A stretch of 64,000 nucleotides of DNA from Gammaproteobacteria bacterium (GCA_965243205.1 CBDEUK010000002.1:864001-928000), one strand, 5' to 3'. Numbered from the stretch's first letter, positions 10,023 through 21,941 are shown. Translations and numbers: made by a program. Notes: generated by a model from the sequence alone, not told the origin.

Positions 10023-11279
10023 TTATTTTCCATACATAGGAAATTTCGCACAAAGCTCAGAAACTTCAGCTTTAACACGAGCATGAACCGATTCATCTTC
10101 CATATTGTCGATGATATCGCAAATCCAATTACCAACTTGTTCACTCTCAGCTTCTTTAAAACCACGAGTAGTAATTGAAGGTGTTCCGATACGAATACCA
10201 CTGGTCACAAATGGCGATTGCGGATCGTTTGGAACAGCGTTTTTATTGACAGTAATATGTACAGAATCAAGTACTGCATCCAAAGCTTTACCGGTAATAC
10301 CTTTCTTAACAAGGTCAACCAAGAATAAATGGTTTTCAGTACCACCTGAAACAATATCAACTCCACGGCCAAGAAATACAGAAACCATGGCTTTAGCATT
10401 TGCAACAACTTGTTTTTGATACTCTTTAAAGCCTGGTTCTAATGCTTCTTTAAATGCCACTGCTTTACCCGCAATGATATGCATTAAAGGACCACCTTGA
10501 TATGCAGGGAAAACTAAGAAGTTTACTTTTTTCTCGATTTCTTCATTAGCTTTACCCATGATTAAACCTGAACGAGGACCACGTAAAGTTTTATGAGTTG
10601 TTGTTGTTGTTACATCAGCAATATCAATAGGGCTTGGATAGATGCCTGCTGCAATAAGACCGGCTACGTGTGAAATATCAGATACCATATAAGCACCAAC
10701 TTTATCCGCGATATCACGGAAACGTTGCCAATCGATGATTTGTGAATACGCTGAAAAGCCAGTCATAATCAACTTAGGCTTATGCTCTAAAGCAAGACGC
10801 TCTACTTCGTCATAGTCAATCTCGCCCGTTTCTTCATTAAGACCGTATTGAATTGCGTTGTAAATACGACCCGATACATTCACAGATGCACCATGAGTTA
10901 AGTGACCGCCATGCGCTAAGCTCATACCCATAATGGTATCACCCGGCTCAATTAAAGCATGATACACAGCGCCATTAGCTTGCGAACCTGAATGTGATTG
11001 AACATTCGCCCAAGCCGCGCCAAATAATTCTTTAACCCGTTCAATAGCTAAAGACTCTACGATATCAACATGTTCACAACCGCCATAATAGCGTTTGCCA
11101 GGATAGCCTTCTGCATACTTATTAGTTAATACTGAACCTTGGGCTTCCATTACTCGCGGGCTGGTATTATTTTCTGAAGCGATTAACTCAATGTGTTCTT
11201 CCTGGCGATGGCGCTCACCTTCCATCGCATCCCAAAGTTCCGGATCAAAACCGGCTATAGTCATATCTTTTGTATACAT
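10023..11279 (-). CDS. glyA: Serine hydroxymethyltransferase
   Basis: [35 protein letters not shown]. Confidence 0.98.
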   Translation of the reverse strand: MYTKDMTIAGFDPELWDAMEGERHRQEEHIELIASENNTSPRVMEAQGSVLTNKYAEGYPGKRYYGGCEHVDIVESLAIERVKELFGAAWANVQSHSGSQANGAVYHALIEPGDTIMGMSLAHGGHLTHGASVNVSGRIYNAIQYGLNEETGEIDYDEVERLALEHKPKLIMTGFSAYSQIIDWQRFRDIADKVGAYMVSDISHVAGLIAAGIYPSPIDIADVTTTTTHKTLRGPRSGLIMGKANEEIEKKVNFLVFPAYQGGPLMHIIAGKAVAFKEALEPGFKEYQKQVVANAKAMVSVFLGRGVDIVSGGTENHLFLVDLVKKGITGKALDAVLDSVHITVNKNAVPNDPQSPFVTSGIRIGTPSITTRGFKEAESEQVGNWICDIIDNMEDESVHARVKAEVSELCAKFPMYGK

Positions 11280-11684
11280 ATATTCCTCTCAAATGATTTT
11301 TCCGATAATTGGGTGTTTATCGGTCTTATTAGTTTAGTCCTTAAGGCAAGGACGACTACAAAACTTAGCAAGATTACCAAAATAATGTGCAGATTGCATA
11401 ATAATAAGTGTGGCAAAGCCGACACGTCTATAACAGTTAGGGCTTTTTCTCAGTTTATCGATATTTTTATCCGTATAGAAACCTCATAAACTGAATCAGT
11501 CCAGACAAGTAAAATATAATTATCTATTTGATTTTATTGTTATTTTTTATATCCAACCAGATAATAAACATCTTATATCATAGACTGATTTCCTAATAAT
11601 TCATTGCAGAATTTTAGCTGTCTGCCGATATAAATCGTGAACAAAAATACTTCTAAATTCACTGAAATACTCAAGATCTGAAGA

Positions 11685-14531
11685 ATGGCACTAAAAGCAA
11701 ATATCGATAACTCTCAATATAATCGAAAAGAGATCTTAAATTTGTTCTCTAAGGCTAATCAAAACCGCCTGGAAAACACACGAAAATACCTAAATAAAAA
11801 TCAACAAGACTTCCTAGATTTATTACCTTATTTATTCCATTACAACGACGAAGAATTACCAGGCTTCGTTTCAGACATTACACCAAGTGGAATTTCTCAG
11901 TATCAACCTGTTCAACAATCCATCAAAAAAGCCAAGATATTATTTCCAAAATACAAACATATTCGACGTGCCAAACATCAAATGGATATACATGCTCTGT
12001 TCTTAATGGGCAGCGCAGGCAGTATTGCATACAGTCATAACAGTGATTTTGATTTTTGGTTACTACATTCACCTGAACTTGATGCGAGTGCTTTAGATGA
12101 ATTATCTCTAAAAGCCAAATTAATCGAGCAATGGGCAGAGTCGCTTAAACTTGAAGTACATTTCTTTTGCTTCGATGCCAACACATTTAGTTCGGGACAA
12201 CACCAATCACTTTCAACCGAAAGTAGTGGTTCTACCCAACACAGCTTGCTACTCGATGAATTTTATCGTTCGAATATATTAATCGCTGGTAGAAAACCAA
12301 TCTGGTGGATGGTGCCAGCTGAAAACGATCGCAAATATGCAGAATATATTGATATTCTTGAATATGGAAAAATCATTAATCCTACCGATTTTGTTGATTT
12401 AGGTACACCTTGCCCAATTCCTACTAGTGAGTTTTTTAGTGCTGCTGTTTGGCAACTATATAAAGCGATTAACTCTCCATATAAATCCGTTTTAAAACTC
12501 TTGTTAATGGAAGTTTATGCAAGCGAACATCCAAATACTGAATTATTAAGTTCATTATTCAAACAAAAAGTATACAGAGGAATTTCTGATTTCTCCGAAC
12601 TAGACCCTTATGTGATCATGTATCAAGCTGTTGAAAAATATTTAATGGTAAATAATGAACACGAACGATTAGATATATTCCGTCAATGCTTCTATTTTAA
12701 AGTTGGTGAAAAACTTAGCGTATCTCAGTTAAAACGCAGAAAATCTGAACGCAGAATTTTTTTAGAATCTTTTATGCATGACTGGGGTTGGGATAACTCC
12801 AAGTTTAGTTTGTTAGATATGAGTCACAAATGGCGAATTGATGACCATATCAAACATAGAGAAAAAATCGTCAATACCTTAACTAAGAGTTATCACTTCC
12901 TATCTGAATTCGCTAAAAAGAATCCTGATATTCACCGTGTTAGCGAAAAAGAACTTAACGTACTTGGTCGCAAATTATATTCAGCTTTTGAAAAGAAAAA
13001 TCATAAAATTGAACTAATCAATCATTCTTATCAAGACCTTTATGAATCAGAAGTCACATTACATGAGACGGTCAATGCTGATAACCATCAAATATGGAAT
13101 TTATACCGTGGCAAATTAAAATTAAATGAGTTAGCTGATTATAAACCTTTAAAAAAATCCTATGACTTAATGGAAATGATCACATGGTGTCATATCAATA
13201 AAGTTGTTAATCAACACTCTGCCATACTACTACACTCGAACGATCACGGCATTACCACTCGAGAAATTAAAGATACATTTCATGCCTTAGACAAATTTTT
13301 ATCGAACAAGTCAACTTTTAATGCGACTTTTAATGATTTATCAAAACCTGCAAGAATTATAAGCGCAGGCATGTTTATTAATGTTGGTCTGGATCCATTA
13401 AATGTTAGTAAAAGTGATATTAGACATGTTGCGAGTAATCGACAAGATGCTTTTAGTTATGGAGGCAAACATCAAAACTTAGTTAGAAGTATTGATATGG
13501 TATTACTAACCAGTTGGGAAGAAGTCTTAGTATATCACTATAAAAACATCCCTGGTTTAATGAATTGCATTTCAGATTTTTTAAGTTGGGTCCCTGCAGA
13601 AGAAAAATACAATACTGCTAATTTCCATATCTTTAGTCTCTCCACAGGTTATGGTCGTAGCATATCAAATAGAATAGAGAAACTTTCTTCTAACATCATA
13701 GAATTATTTTTTAGGCATCATAAAGAAAAAATTGATTTAAAATATATATTGGAAGCCGAAGATAAATTTCACTTATTGGAGTTTTCGCAAAATAATATTT
13801 CACATAAAAATTTCAAGCATCAAAAATATCTCAATAGATATCTAGAATCATCACCCATGGAGTTTACTGAAGTTATTTTTGATACGGAAAATAAATGGTC
13901 TTCTATATTACCTGAAATCTATAAGTTAAATAAAAAATCTTTCATACAAACTTTTTATGAAATTGACAATAAAGACGTTAACATTTATGTCGTAGACGAA
14001 AAAGGTTCTTTATTTGAACAAACATTAACTTTTCATAACGCCCAATCATTGATTAGTCATTTTGATAGATTTTATAACTCTATTTCAAATAGAAAAAACT
14101 TTATGATGGGAGAACTTTTAGAAAAAGAAATCATTGATGTTGAATTTTATGAAATAAGAAAATCAAAAAATCGAAATAAAACGATCACAAAAATTGATCT
14201 AAAACCTAAATTTAATGAAACAGATTTTTTTAATATTCAAGTAATCGGTAGCATTGACAATACTGAAAAAAATCATTTGACTATTTATTGCAATAATCAA
14301 GAATTTTCATCGATTGAATATGGAAAAGACATACTCAATGTAGTTGCGGAATATGTCCTCTCAAAACGTAAACTAACTGAAAATTACCCCATCTATATAA
14401 CTGATATCGATTTTTCACAAAACATACTGGATATCATTGACCCTCAAAATGTACAGACTGTACATTTTCTAAAATATAAAAAGAAAATAGAAGAAAAACT
14501 AGATAAAGCGCTAAAAGATATTACAAAATAA
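11685..14531 (+). CDS. cyaA: Class I adenylate cyclase
   Basis: MGSAGSIAY..SDFDFW, SSGSTQHSLLLDEFYR, WQLYKAINSPYKSVLKL. Confidence 0.93.
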   Translation: MALKANIDNSQYNRKEILNLFSKANQNRLENTRKYLNKNQQDFLDLLPYLFHYNDEELPGFVSDITPSGISQYQPVQQSIKKAKILFPKYKHIRRAKHQMDIHALFLMGSAGSIAYSHNSDFDFWLLHSPELDASALDELSLKAKLIEQWAESLKLEVHFFCFDANTFSSGQHQSLSTESSGSTQHSLLLDEFYRSNILIAGRKPIWWMVPAENDRKYAEYIDILEYGKIINPTDFVDLGTPCPIPTSEFFSAAVWQLYKAINSPYKSVLKLLLMEVYASEHPNTELLSSLFKQKVYRGISDFSELDPYVIMYQAVEKYLMVNNEHERLDIFRQCFYFKVGEKLSVSQLKRRKSERRIFLESFMHDWGWDNSKFSLLDMSHKWRIDDHIKHREKIVNTLTKSYHFLSEFAKKNPDIHRVSEKELNVLGRKLYSAFEKKNHKIELINHSYQDLYESEVTLHETVNADNHQIWNLYRGKLKLNELADYKPLKKSYDLMEMITWCHINKVVNQHSAILLHSNDHGITTREIKDTFHALDKFLSNKSTFNATFNDLSKPARIISAGMFINVGLDPLNVSKSDIRHVASNRQDAFSYGGKHQNLVRSIDMVLLTSWEEVLVYHYKNIPGLMNCISDFLSWVPAEEKYNTANFHIFSLSTGYGRSISNRIEKLSSNIIELFFRHHKEKIDLKYILEAEDKFHLLEFSQNNISHKNFKHQKYLNRYLESSPMEFTEVIFDTENKWSSILPEIYKLNKKSFIQTFYEIDNKDVNIYVVDEKGSLFEQTLTFHNAQSLISHFDRFYNSISNRKNFMMGELLEKEIIDVEFYEIRKSKNRNKTITKIDLKPKFNETDFFNIQVIGSIDNTEKNHLTIYCNNQEFSSIEYGKDILNVVAEYVLSKRKLTENYPIYITDIDFSQNILDIIDPQNVQTVHFLKYKKKIEEKLDKALKDITK

Positions 14532-14576
14532 ACGCAACTTAAAATATATTGCTTATCCTGGATCTTTCAGTAGACT

Positions 14577-15476
14577 TTGCACCTTAAATTTAAAGAGAAT
14601 TTTAACGTGTCTAAGCTTGATAATTTAATCGAAAAAGCTCATATCCTCGCTGAACGATTGTTAGATTATTATCCCGATAAAAACACTGTGTTTGATGATT
14701 CAGCAATTGCCTATCGTTGGAAAACACAAGGACATAACTCATATTTACAATCGATTTCAGAACTATCCGATATTTCACTGAATGATCTTTTGTGTATTGA
14801 TAATCAAAAGAACATTCTTATTTCCAATACCGAACAATTTTTAAATAATCTACCAGCTAATAATGCGCTGTTATGGGGACCTCGTGGTACTGGAAAATCT
14901 TCTCTTATAAAGGCCTTGCTGAATGAATATCATCAAGACGGCTTAAGAGTAATTGAAGTTGATAAACATGATCTCGTTGATATAACTCAGATCGTGGAAC
15001 TGTTAAAAACCCATAATCATCATTATATTTTATTCTGCGACGATCTAAGCTTCGATGAAAATGATAATAGTTATAAATCTTTAAAAGTTGCTCTCGACGG
15101 CTCTCTTAGCAAAACGCCTGATAATATATTGATTTATGCAACCTCTAATCGTCGCCATATCGTGCCTGAATACATGCATGAAAACCAACAAAGTGTTTTC
15201 AAAGGTGAAGAATTGCATCTAAGCGATGCTATAGAAGAAAAAGTATCATTATCTGAAAGATTCGGTCTTTGGCTGAGTTTTCACCCCTTTAATCAACAAC
15301 AGTATTTACAAATCGTTGACTATTGTTTAGAACGTCTAGACATGCAAGATACTACAGACGCAAAAACACGAACCCATGCTGTACGCTGGGCTACAGAACG
15401 CGGTTCACGCAGTGGAAGAGTTGCTATGCAATTTGCAAAAAATTGGTCTGGTCAACATAAATTACAAGTAAAATAA
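14577..15476 (+). CDS. DUF815-family AAA+ ATP-binding protein (start possibly GTG 14607)
   Basis: PANNALLWGPRGTGKSS, FCDDLSF, YATSNRRH, EKVSLSERFGL, GSRSGRVA. Confidence 0.88.
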   Translation: MHLKFKENFNVSKLDNLIEKAHILAERLLDYYPDKNTVFDDSAIAYRWKTQGHNSYLQSISELSDISLNDLLCIDNQKNILISNTEQFLNNLPANNALLWGPRGTGKSSLIKALLNEYHQDGLRVIEVDKHDLVDITQIVELLKTHNHHYILFCDDLSFDENDNSYKSLKVALDGSLSKTPDNILIYATSNRRHIVPEYMHENQQSVFKGEELHLSDAIEEKVSLSERFGLWLSFHPFNQQQYLQIVDYCLERLDMQDTTDAKTRTHAVRWATERGSRSGRVAMQFAKNWSGQHKLQVK

Positions 15477-15496
15477 TTAAACGAGATTTATTCATT

Positions 15497-16243
15497 ATGA
15501 GTATATTAGGAATTATTGGTGGTTCGGGATTAAGCTCCTTAGAAGGATTAGAAATCATTAAACAAAAGATGCAGCAAACACCATACGGCCAAGCTTCTGC
15601 ACCTTTAACATTCGGAAAGCTAAGCGAAAGCGAAATTATTTTTCTACCAAGACATGGTAACCCTCACACAATCCCACCTCATAAAGTTAATTACCGTGCT
15701 AATTTATGGGCTTTAAAAGAAAACCAAGTTGATAAGATTATCGCTATCAATGCAGTAGGCGGCATCAGTGGTCAAATGTATCCAAATCGCATTGTTCTTC
15801 CAGATCAAATTATTGATTACACTTACGGTCGTATCCATACTTTTTTTGAAGAAGGTCTAAACGAAGTAGTACATGTGGATTTTAGTTATCCATATTCGGA
15901 AGAGATGCGTAATAAGCTAATTACTGCTGCTAATAAAAGTGATATTAACATTTATCCAAACGGTTGTTATGGAGCGACTCAAGGTCCACGGCTTGAAAGT
16001 GCTGGCGAAGTTGCAAAACTTGAACGCGATGGCTGTGACTTAGTGGGAATGACCGGTATGCCTGAAGCTGCTTTAGCGCGTGAACTAGAAGTTGATTATG
16101 TCAGCGTCTGTATGGTCGTTAATTGGGCAGCAGGAAAGTCCGAAGAAATTATTACAATGGAAACCATCGAATCAAATCTCGAACAATCAACGGATAAAGT
16201 ACGGCAGTTACTACTTAGTTATCTTAATTTAGATGACGATTAA
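15497..16243 (+). CDS. mtnP: S-methyl-5'-thioinosine/thioadenosine phosphorylase
   Basis: GIIGGSG, RHG..HTIPPHKVNYRAN, QGPRLES, VGMTGMPEA, VVNWAAG. The NWAAG end suggests the inosine-preferring type. Confidence 0.88.
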   Translation: MSILGIIGGSGLSSLEGLEIIKQKMQQTPYGQASAPLTFGKLSESEIIFLPRHGNPHTIPPHKVNYRANLWALKENQVDKIIAINAVGGISGQMYPNRIVLPDQIIDYTYGRIHTFFEEGLNEVVHVDFSYPYSEEMRNKLITAANKSDINIYPNGCYGATQGPRLESAGEVAKLERDGCDLVGMTGMPEAALARELEVDYVSVCMVVNWAAGKSEEIITMETIESNLEQSTDKVRQLLLSYLNLDDD

Positions 16244-16246
16244 AAA

Positions 16247-16840
16247 TTATTCAGCATTTAATCGTACGACTCTCACAATAGCTCCAAATAATGGATGGTC
16301 AAAATAATGGATCTCATTCAGTTTAATCCTACGTGATTCAGTTAAACGCGCTATCTTGCCACCGTTATCTTCTTCGATCATTAAACTTCCAGGGCTAACG
16401 GAATACGCTAGATCCAAATCAGCATGAAGATATACTCCACTACGAATTTTAAGCTTACCCAACACGTTTAGCTCATCGACACCATTGAATATTTGTACTT
16501 TCACGGATCGAGCATTTCTAGCTTCAAGACTGGGTTGTTGCCAAGCCAGATAACTTAAAGGGTTATATAAAGAAGAACTTTTTAATTTCGAATAAGCGCC
16601 ACTCAGTGTCAATAAAGAAGAATCTAATGTTTGAAACGGTATTAATTCACTACTACCGCCTTGTTGAGCTCTCGTTAATTTTATCGAAGAACCAGTATCA
16701 GGTAATCCTGGGTATTTCTCCCATAGTTCACCACTGGGGTCAGAATTTGAATTTTCGAAAACGATTAACTCTACGCGATACCAATTTTCAGCTGCAACAT
16801 TGAAACTTAATAAGAATAAAATAAAGAATAGTTTTTTCAT
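16247..16840 (-). CDS. CsiV-family peptidoglycan-associated exported protein
   Basis: Signal peptide then WYRVELIVF; AWQQ; ESRRIKLNEIHYFDHPLFG; directly downstream of mfd. Confidence 0.8.
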   Translation of the reverse strand: MKKLFFILFLLSFNVAAENWYRVELIVFENSNSDPSGELWEKYPGLPDTGSSIKLTRAQQGGSSELIPFQTLDSSLLTLSGAYSKLKSSSLYNPLSYLAWQQPSLEARNARSVKVQIFNGVDELNVLGKLKIRSGVYLHADLDLAYSVSPGSLMIEEDNGGKIARLTESRRIKLNEIHYFDHPLFGAIVRVVRLNAE

Positions 16841-16851
16841 AATTGTAATGA

Positions 16852-19800
16852 TTACTGATTTAGCACGGTTTGGTCAACGATATGATTTAATAAATGGGTC
16901 AGTTCTTCATGACGATCAGCAAACTCAGGCAATTCTTTGCTCACACGCAATTTATCATTACCATCTAATTTATAGATGCTCGGCTGAGTTTGAATCAATT
17001 CAATGATTTTGGCTGGGTCAAGTTTTGTTTCTGCTTGAAATACTACTCTACCTCCATTTCCACCCATTTCAATTTTCTTAATACCAATTGGGTTCGCTTG
17101 TAGTTTCAACTCAGTAATATCAAATAAATTCTGTATTGGTTCAGGTAATAAACCGAATCGATCAATCATTTCTACCTGCAATTCTTTTAATTCAGTTTTA
17201 TCTTTAGCACTGGCAATACGTTTATAAAAAATGAGTCTATTATGGACATCTGGTAAATAATCCTCGGGAATTAAAGCTGCGGCATGTAAGTTTATTTCAG
17301 CACCATGGTCCAATGAACGATCTAACTCAGGTTGTTGCCCAGACTGTAACGCCTTAACAGCACGCTCCAATAACTCCATATAAAGACCAAAACCAACTTC
17401 TTGGATATGACCGCTTTGCTCATCACCTAAGATTTCTCCTGAACCACGAATTTCCAAATCGTGAGTTGCTAAGGTAAATCCAATACCCAAATCTTCTAAT
17501 GATTCGATGGCTTCCAATCGTTTGATGGCATCTTTGGTAACAGATTTACGATCAGGAATGATTAAATAGGCATAGGCACGATGATGTGATCTCCCTACTC
17601 GGCCACGTAATTGATATAACTGTGCTAAACCAAATTTATCTGCTCGATCGATAATAATCGTATTTGCATTAGGTACATCAATACCTGTTTCGATAATGGT
17701 TGTACTGACTAAAATATTAAATCGTCGATGATAAAAATCCGACATAATGCGTTCGAGTTCTTTTTCCGGCATTTGACCATGTGCAGTCTCAATTCTCGCT
17801 TCAGGCATTAACTCTTGAATCTTTTTCGCTGTCGCTTCAATACTCTCAACACGATTATGTAAAAAATAAACTTGGCCACCGCGTTTTAATTCACGCATGA
17901 TGGCTTCTTTTAATAAAGCATTGTCCCATTCTCGGACAAAGGTTTTGACCGATAAGCGGCGAGACGGTGGCGTTGATATGATAGAAAGCTCTCGAAGATT
18001 CGACAATGCCATGTTTAATGTTCTTGGTATTGGTGTTGCTGTTAATGTTAAGACATCAATCTCTGAACGTAAGGCTTTAAATTTTTCTTTTTGTCGAACC
18101 CCAAAACGATGTTCTTCATCAATAATCAATAAACCTAAATCTTTAAATTTGATATCACCTAAAATTAATTTATGCGTGCCAATAACAATATCAATCTTGC
18201 CATCTTTTAAACCTTCAATAACTTTATCCTGTTCTTTAGATGTTCTAAAACGTGAAATCAATTCAACCTTCACAGGCCAATCGGCAAAGCGATCGGAAAA
18301 ATTTTGAAAATGCTGTTGAGCTAATAAGGTTGTAGGAACCAATAACGCAACTTGTTTACCATTTTGTACTGCAATAAATGCCGCACGCAAAGCAACTTCG
18401 GTTTTACCAAAACCAGCATCACCACACACTAAGCGATCCATTGGCTTTTCATCATTCATATCTTTTAGAACATCATTAATCGCATCTTGCTGACCAGGTG
18501 TTTCTTCGAATGGAAAACCTTGAACGAAGGCACGATAAGATTCATCCTCAATGTCAAAACTGACGCCTTGTCTTGCTGCACGCTTAGCATGCATATCCAA
18601 TAATTCTGCAGCGACGTCACAAACACGTTGCGCGGCTTTTTTACGCGCTTTTTCCCATGCACCACTTCCTAAACGATGTAACGGTGCGTGTTCTGGATCC
18701 ACGCCTGTATAACGACTGACTAAATCCAATGATGAAACAGGTACATATAACTTATCGCCCTGATCATATTCCAACATAATATATTCAGACAGAATTCCAC
18801 CCGCTTCTAATGTAACTAAACCTTGGTAACGTCCCACACCATGTTCTTCATGAACTACAGGTGCGCCTACAGTAAGTTCTGTTAAGTTACGAATGATAGC
18901 ATCAGAGTCTTGTTTTTTACGTTTGCGTAAACGACGTTGCATAACTCGATCGCCAAACAATTGTGGCTCACTGATAATAGCCAGATCTGGTTGTTCAGTT
19001 TGTAAACCTTTTTCTAACGGGGCAACAGTAATTGCAATGGGGTCATCAGATGCGACAAAATGATTCCAGCTTTCTAACTGTTTCGGATACAAATCATGTT
19101 GTCGAAACAATTCTATTAGTGTTTCTCTCCTACCAATCGTTTCAGCCGTAAACAATACTTTTCCTGGAAATTGATCAATATAGCGTTTTACTAAAGCTAA
19201 TGGTTCTGCAGCACGTGCATCGATAGGCAGTTTTGTCGGTAATACTGTGGAAAAATTTAACGCTTGAGATTTAGCCTGTTCCATAGCCGACATATGAATT
19301 TGCGGAAACTGTTTTAACCTCTCAAACAGTTTGTTATTTGCAATAAACATTTTACTTGGCTCTAAGATAGGCCTTTCAATGTCATAACGCATTTGTTCAT
19401 AACGTTCTTCAATATCTTGCCAAAATTTTTCTGAACTACCGTAACAATCTTCATCAATTAACATTAATGATTGATCAGGCAAATAATCGAACAAGGTATT
19501 GGTTTCTTGATAAAACAACGGTAAGTAATATTCGATACCGCTTGGCGCTAAGCCTTGACTCACATCACGATACACTGGACATTGAGCTGGATTACCTTCA
19601 AATAGATTACGCCACTGACTACGAAAATTCGCTATGCCTTGATCCGTTAAAGCAACTTCTCTTGCAGGTAAAATATTTATTTTATTGATTTTATCATTCG
19701 AACGCTGAGTCTCTGAATCAAAGGTTCTGATGGTATCAATTTGATCATCAAACAGATCAATTCGATAAGGTAATTCAGAACCCATCGGGAATATATCAAC

Positions 19801-20331
19801 TAATGAACCACGGATAGCTAAGTCACCATGCTCTACAACTTGCGATGTAATGTTATAACCATTACTTAACAATTTAGACTTAAATTTTTCCAAGTCTAAT
19901 GTATCGCCGACTTGCATTATAAAACTATTCGCGAATAGATAATCTCGCGGCATTAAATAATGCATTACGGTCGTTATAGGTAAAACTAGAATTCCTTTCT
20001 TTACATCATGTAAACTAGCTAATGTCGCTAATCGTTGAGAAATGATATCTTGATAAGGCGAAAAGGCATCATAAGGTAAGGTTTCCCAATCCGGAAATAA
20101 CATCACAGGAACGTCAGAATCATCACCTAGGAAAAACTTTAACTCGGTTTCAAAATGATGAACGTCTATAGATTCACTTGTAATAATGACTAATAAACCA
20201 TCATGCTCAGCTGCAAGTTGGCTTATGGCTAAAGACTTAGCAGCACCATATAAACGTCCCCAATGTTGACGTTCAGCAGGTTTTGTAGGATAGCTAGGAG
20301 TAAAAGGGCTAACTCGTTTATCAAGACTCAT
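16852..20331 (-). CDS. mfd: Transcription-repair coupling factor
   Basis: FPDWETLPYD, VVHEEHGVGRY, DRLVCGDAGFGKTEVA, DEEHRFGV, TATPIPRT, QLRGRVGR. Confidence 0.98.
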   Translation of the reverse strand: MSLDKRVSPFTPSYPTKPAERQHWGRLYGAAKSLAISQLAAEHDGLLVIITSESIDVHHFETELKFFLGDDSDVPVMLFPDWETLPYDAFSPYQDIISQRLATLASLHDVKKGILVLPITTVMHYLMPRDYLFANSFIMQVGDTLDLEKFKSKLLSNGYNITSQVVEHGDLAIRGSLVDIFPMGSELPYRIDLFDDQIDTIRTFDSETQRSNDKINKINILPAREVALTDQGIANFRSQWRNLFEGNPAQCPVYRDVSQGLAPSGIEYYLPLFYQETNTLFDYLPDQSLMLIDEDCYGSSEKFWQDIEERYEQMRYDIERPILEPSKMFIANNKLFERLKQFPQIHMSAMEQAKSQALNFSTVLPTKLPIDARAAEPLALVKRYIDQFPGKVLFTAETIGRRETLIELFRQHDLYPKQLESWNHFVASDDPIAITVAPLEKGLQTEQPDLAIISEPQLFGDRVMQRRLRKRKKQDSDAIIRNLTELTVGAPVVHEEHGVGRYQGLVTLEAGGILSEYIMLEYDQGDKLYVPVSSLDLVSRYTGVDPEHAPLHRLGSGAWEKARKKAAQRVCDVAAELLDMHAKRAARQGVSFDIEDESYRAFVQGFPFEETPGQQDAINDVLKDMNDEKPMDRLVCGDAGFGKTEVALRAAFIAVQNGKQVALLVPTTLLAQQHFQNFSDRFADWPVKVELISRFRTSKEQDKVIEGLKDGKIDIVIGTHKLILGDIKFKDLGLLIIDEEHRFGVRQKEKFKALRSEIDVLTLTATPIPRTLNMALSNLRELSIISTPPSRRLSVKTFVREWDNALLKEAIMRELKRGGQVYFLHNRVESIEATAKKIQELMPEARIETAHGQMPEKELERIMSDFYHRRFNILVSTTIIETGIDVPNANTIIIDRADKFGLAQLYQLRGRVGRSHHRAYAYLIIPDRKSVTKDAIKRLEAIESLEDLGIGFTLATHDLEIRGSGEILGDEQSGHIQEVGFGLYMELLERAVKALQSGQQPELDRSLDHGAEINLHAAALIPEDYLPDVHNRLIFYKRIASAKDKTELKELQVEMIDRFGLLPEPIQNLFDITELKLQANPIGIKKIEMGGNGGRVVFQAETKLDPAKIIELIQTQPSIYKLDGNDKLRVSKELPEFADRHEELTHLLNHIVDQTVLNQ

Positions 20332-20358
20332 GATTAGAAACTACACAAATTATTATTA

Positions 20359-21564
20359 TTATTCGCCAGAGACGCCCTGAATAGGTTTTACAGAGGCCCA
20401 AGTTTTACAGGTAGGACAACGCCAATGTAAGGTTTTAGTTGAATATCCACAATGATTACATCGATAATACGATTTTTCAGCTAATAATTTTCCTGTTAAA
20501 TCTTTAATCGTCATTAAACTTTCTTTAGTTTCTCCGCTACTAAAATCCACAACGTATTCAATCATACGATCGACGCCACGGACTGAAGGTCTTTTTTGTA
20601 ATTCATTGGTGATGTATTTAAGTGCTTTATCTTTGCCTTCGTTTTCAGCCAATAACGTAACCATGTGCAACATAGCTCTTATGCTGCCATGACTTTCTAT
20701 GATTCGATCTAAATATTTTTTAAATTCATCAGTCTTATCAAGTTCTGAGTAGACCTTCTTAAGAGGAACAATCGTTTCCGATAAAAAATCTGGATCTTGT
20801 TTTTCGATTCGTAAATAAGATTTAACTGCTTGACGATATTGTTCATGTCTCGATGCTAATTTGCCTTCTAACAAACTTGCCCGTACACACAAGGGATCCA
20901 TACGTAATGCTTTACGAAGTTTATTATTCGCATCCGCTTCTCTTTCGGTACCAATCGCTTCTTCTACTTGTTCACAATAAAACTGGGCAATTAATTTAGA
21001 ATAGATATCTCTCGCACCTGATTGTAAATTAGATGCTGCATCAATCGCTTTATCCCAATCTTTTTCTTGCTGATAAATATTTAACAACTCTCTATAAGCT
21101 TGTTTTTTATGTTCCCCAGAATGAATTAATTCTAAAAATAGCCCTTCGGCTCTGTCTAATAATCCAGAGGCCATGTAGTCCATACCAAGTTGTAATAACG
21201 CTAAACTTCTTTGCTCTTTATTTAAGGTAGGACGAGCAATCAAGTTTTGATGGATACGAATAGCTCGATCAACTTCACCACGACGCCTGAATAAATTACC
21301 TAGAGCCAAATGCGTTTCAACGGTTTCGCTATCCACTTCAAGCATTTTTACAAACACTTCAATCGCTTTATCGGGTTGTTCGTTTAAAACAAAATTTAAA
21401 CCTTTGAAATAGTCTTTATGAATGCCTTGTGAATTTTCAGAGTGATTATTTTTTCGAGAACGGCGCCCAAGAATGAAGCCAATCAATAATGCGAAAAAAA
21501 ATAAGCCTGCAAAAAGCCAGTCTTCACTAAAAGACCAATCGACTTTCCACAAACTATCGAACAT
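20359..21564 (-). CDS. lapB: LPS assembly protein B
   Basis: N-terminal TM, GLNFVLNEQPDKAI, TPRs, rubredoxin CxxC...CPTC. Confidence 0.96.
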   Translation of the reverse strand: MFDSLWKVDWSFSEDWLFAGLFFFALLIGFILGRRSRKNNHSENSQGIHKDYFKGLNFVLNEQPDKAIEVFVKMLEVDSETVETHLALGNLFRRRGEVDRAIRIHQNLIARPTLNKEQRSLALLQLGMDYMASGLLDRAEGLFLELIHSGEHKKQAYRELLNIYQQEKDWDKAIDAASNLQSGARDIYSKLIAQFYCEQVEEAIGTEREADANNKLRKALRMDPLCVRASLLEGKLASRHEQYRQAVKSYLRIEKQDPDFLSETIVPLKKVYSELDKTDEFKKYLDRIIESHGSIRAMLHMVTLLAENEGKDKALKYITNELQKRPSVRGVDRMIEYVVDFSSGETKESLMTIKDLTGKLLAEKSYYRCNHCGYSTKTLHWRCPTCKTWASVKPIQGVSGE

Positions 21565-21858
21565 TTAATGCTCGTCCTTAATCGGTAGCGTGCGTAGATT
21601 ATTCACTTCTTTATCTTTCAACTCGATTTGACGCTGTAATTTCCTTTTTTCATTTTTGAGTAATAATATTTTTGGCATGATCATAACGATGCCGGCAATT
21701 ACCCCAATAATAATGCTAGCAATAATAAAAATTGAAAAGTGATATTCAAACGTCCCAATGTAATAGTCGAGCATCACTAATTGGTCATTTTTAAGATGGA
21801 ATGAAACACCCAGAATACAAATTAATACCGCTACAATAATCAAAAAATAAAGATACAT
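21565..21858 (-). CDS. lapA: LPS assembly protein A
   Basis: Two TM segments around NDQLVMLDYY plus coiled-coil tail; between ihfB and lapB. Confidence 0.85.
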   Translation of the reverse strand: MYLYFLIIVAVLICILGVSFHLKNDQLVMLDYYIGTFEYHFSIFIIASIIIGVIAGIVMIMPKILLLKNEKRKLQRQIELKDKEVNNLRTLPIKDEH

Positions 21859-21916
21859 TAAAATTCCCCAGGCGATGCTAAGCGAGTGTTAACAATAAGC
21901 AGACTTGACGAAGAAG

Positions 21917-21941
21917 ACAATAGCCCATGAAGGGCTATTGT
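21917..21941 (-). terminator. Hairpin downstream of ihfB
   Basis: Perfect 10-bp stem ACAATAGCCC/GGGCTATTGT with 5-nt loop; weak U-tract. Confidence 0.45.

Noticed and set aside
10594-10612. GTT tandem repeat
   Set aside because: Encodes the conserved TTTTTHK motif of GlyA.
11280-11684. Possible ZTP or glycine riboswitch, or the 98-aa ORF, upstream of glyA
   Set aside because: Only small hairpins (CCGATAA/TTATCGG, GTCCTT/AAGGAC) are present; no riboswitch consensus recognised; the ORF overlaps glyA antisense.
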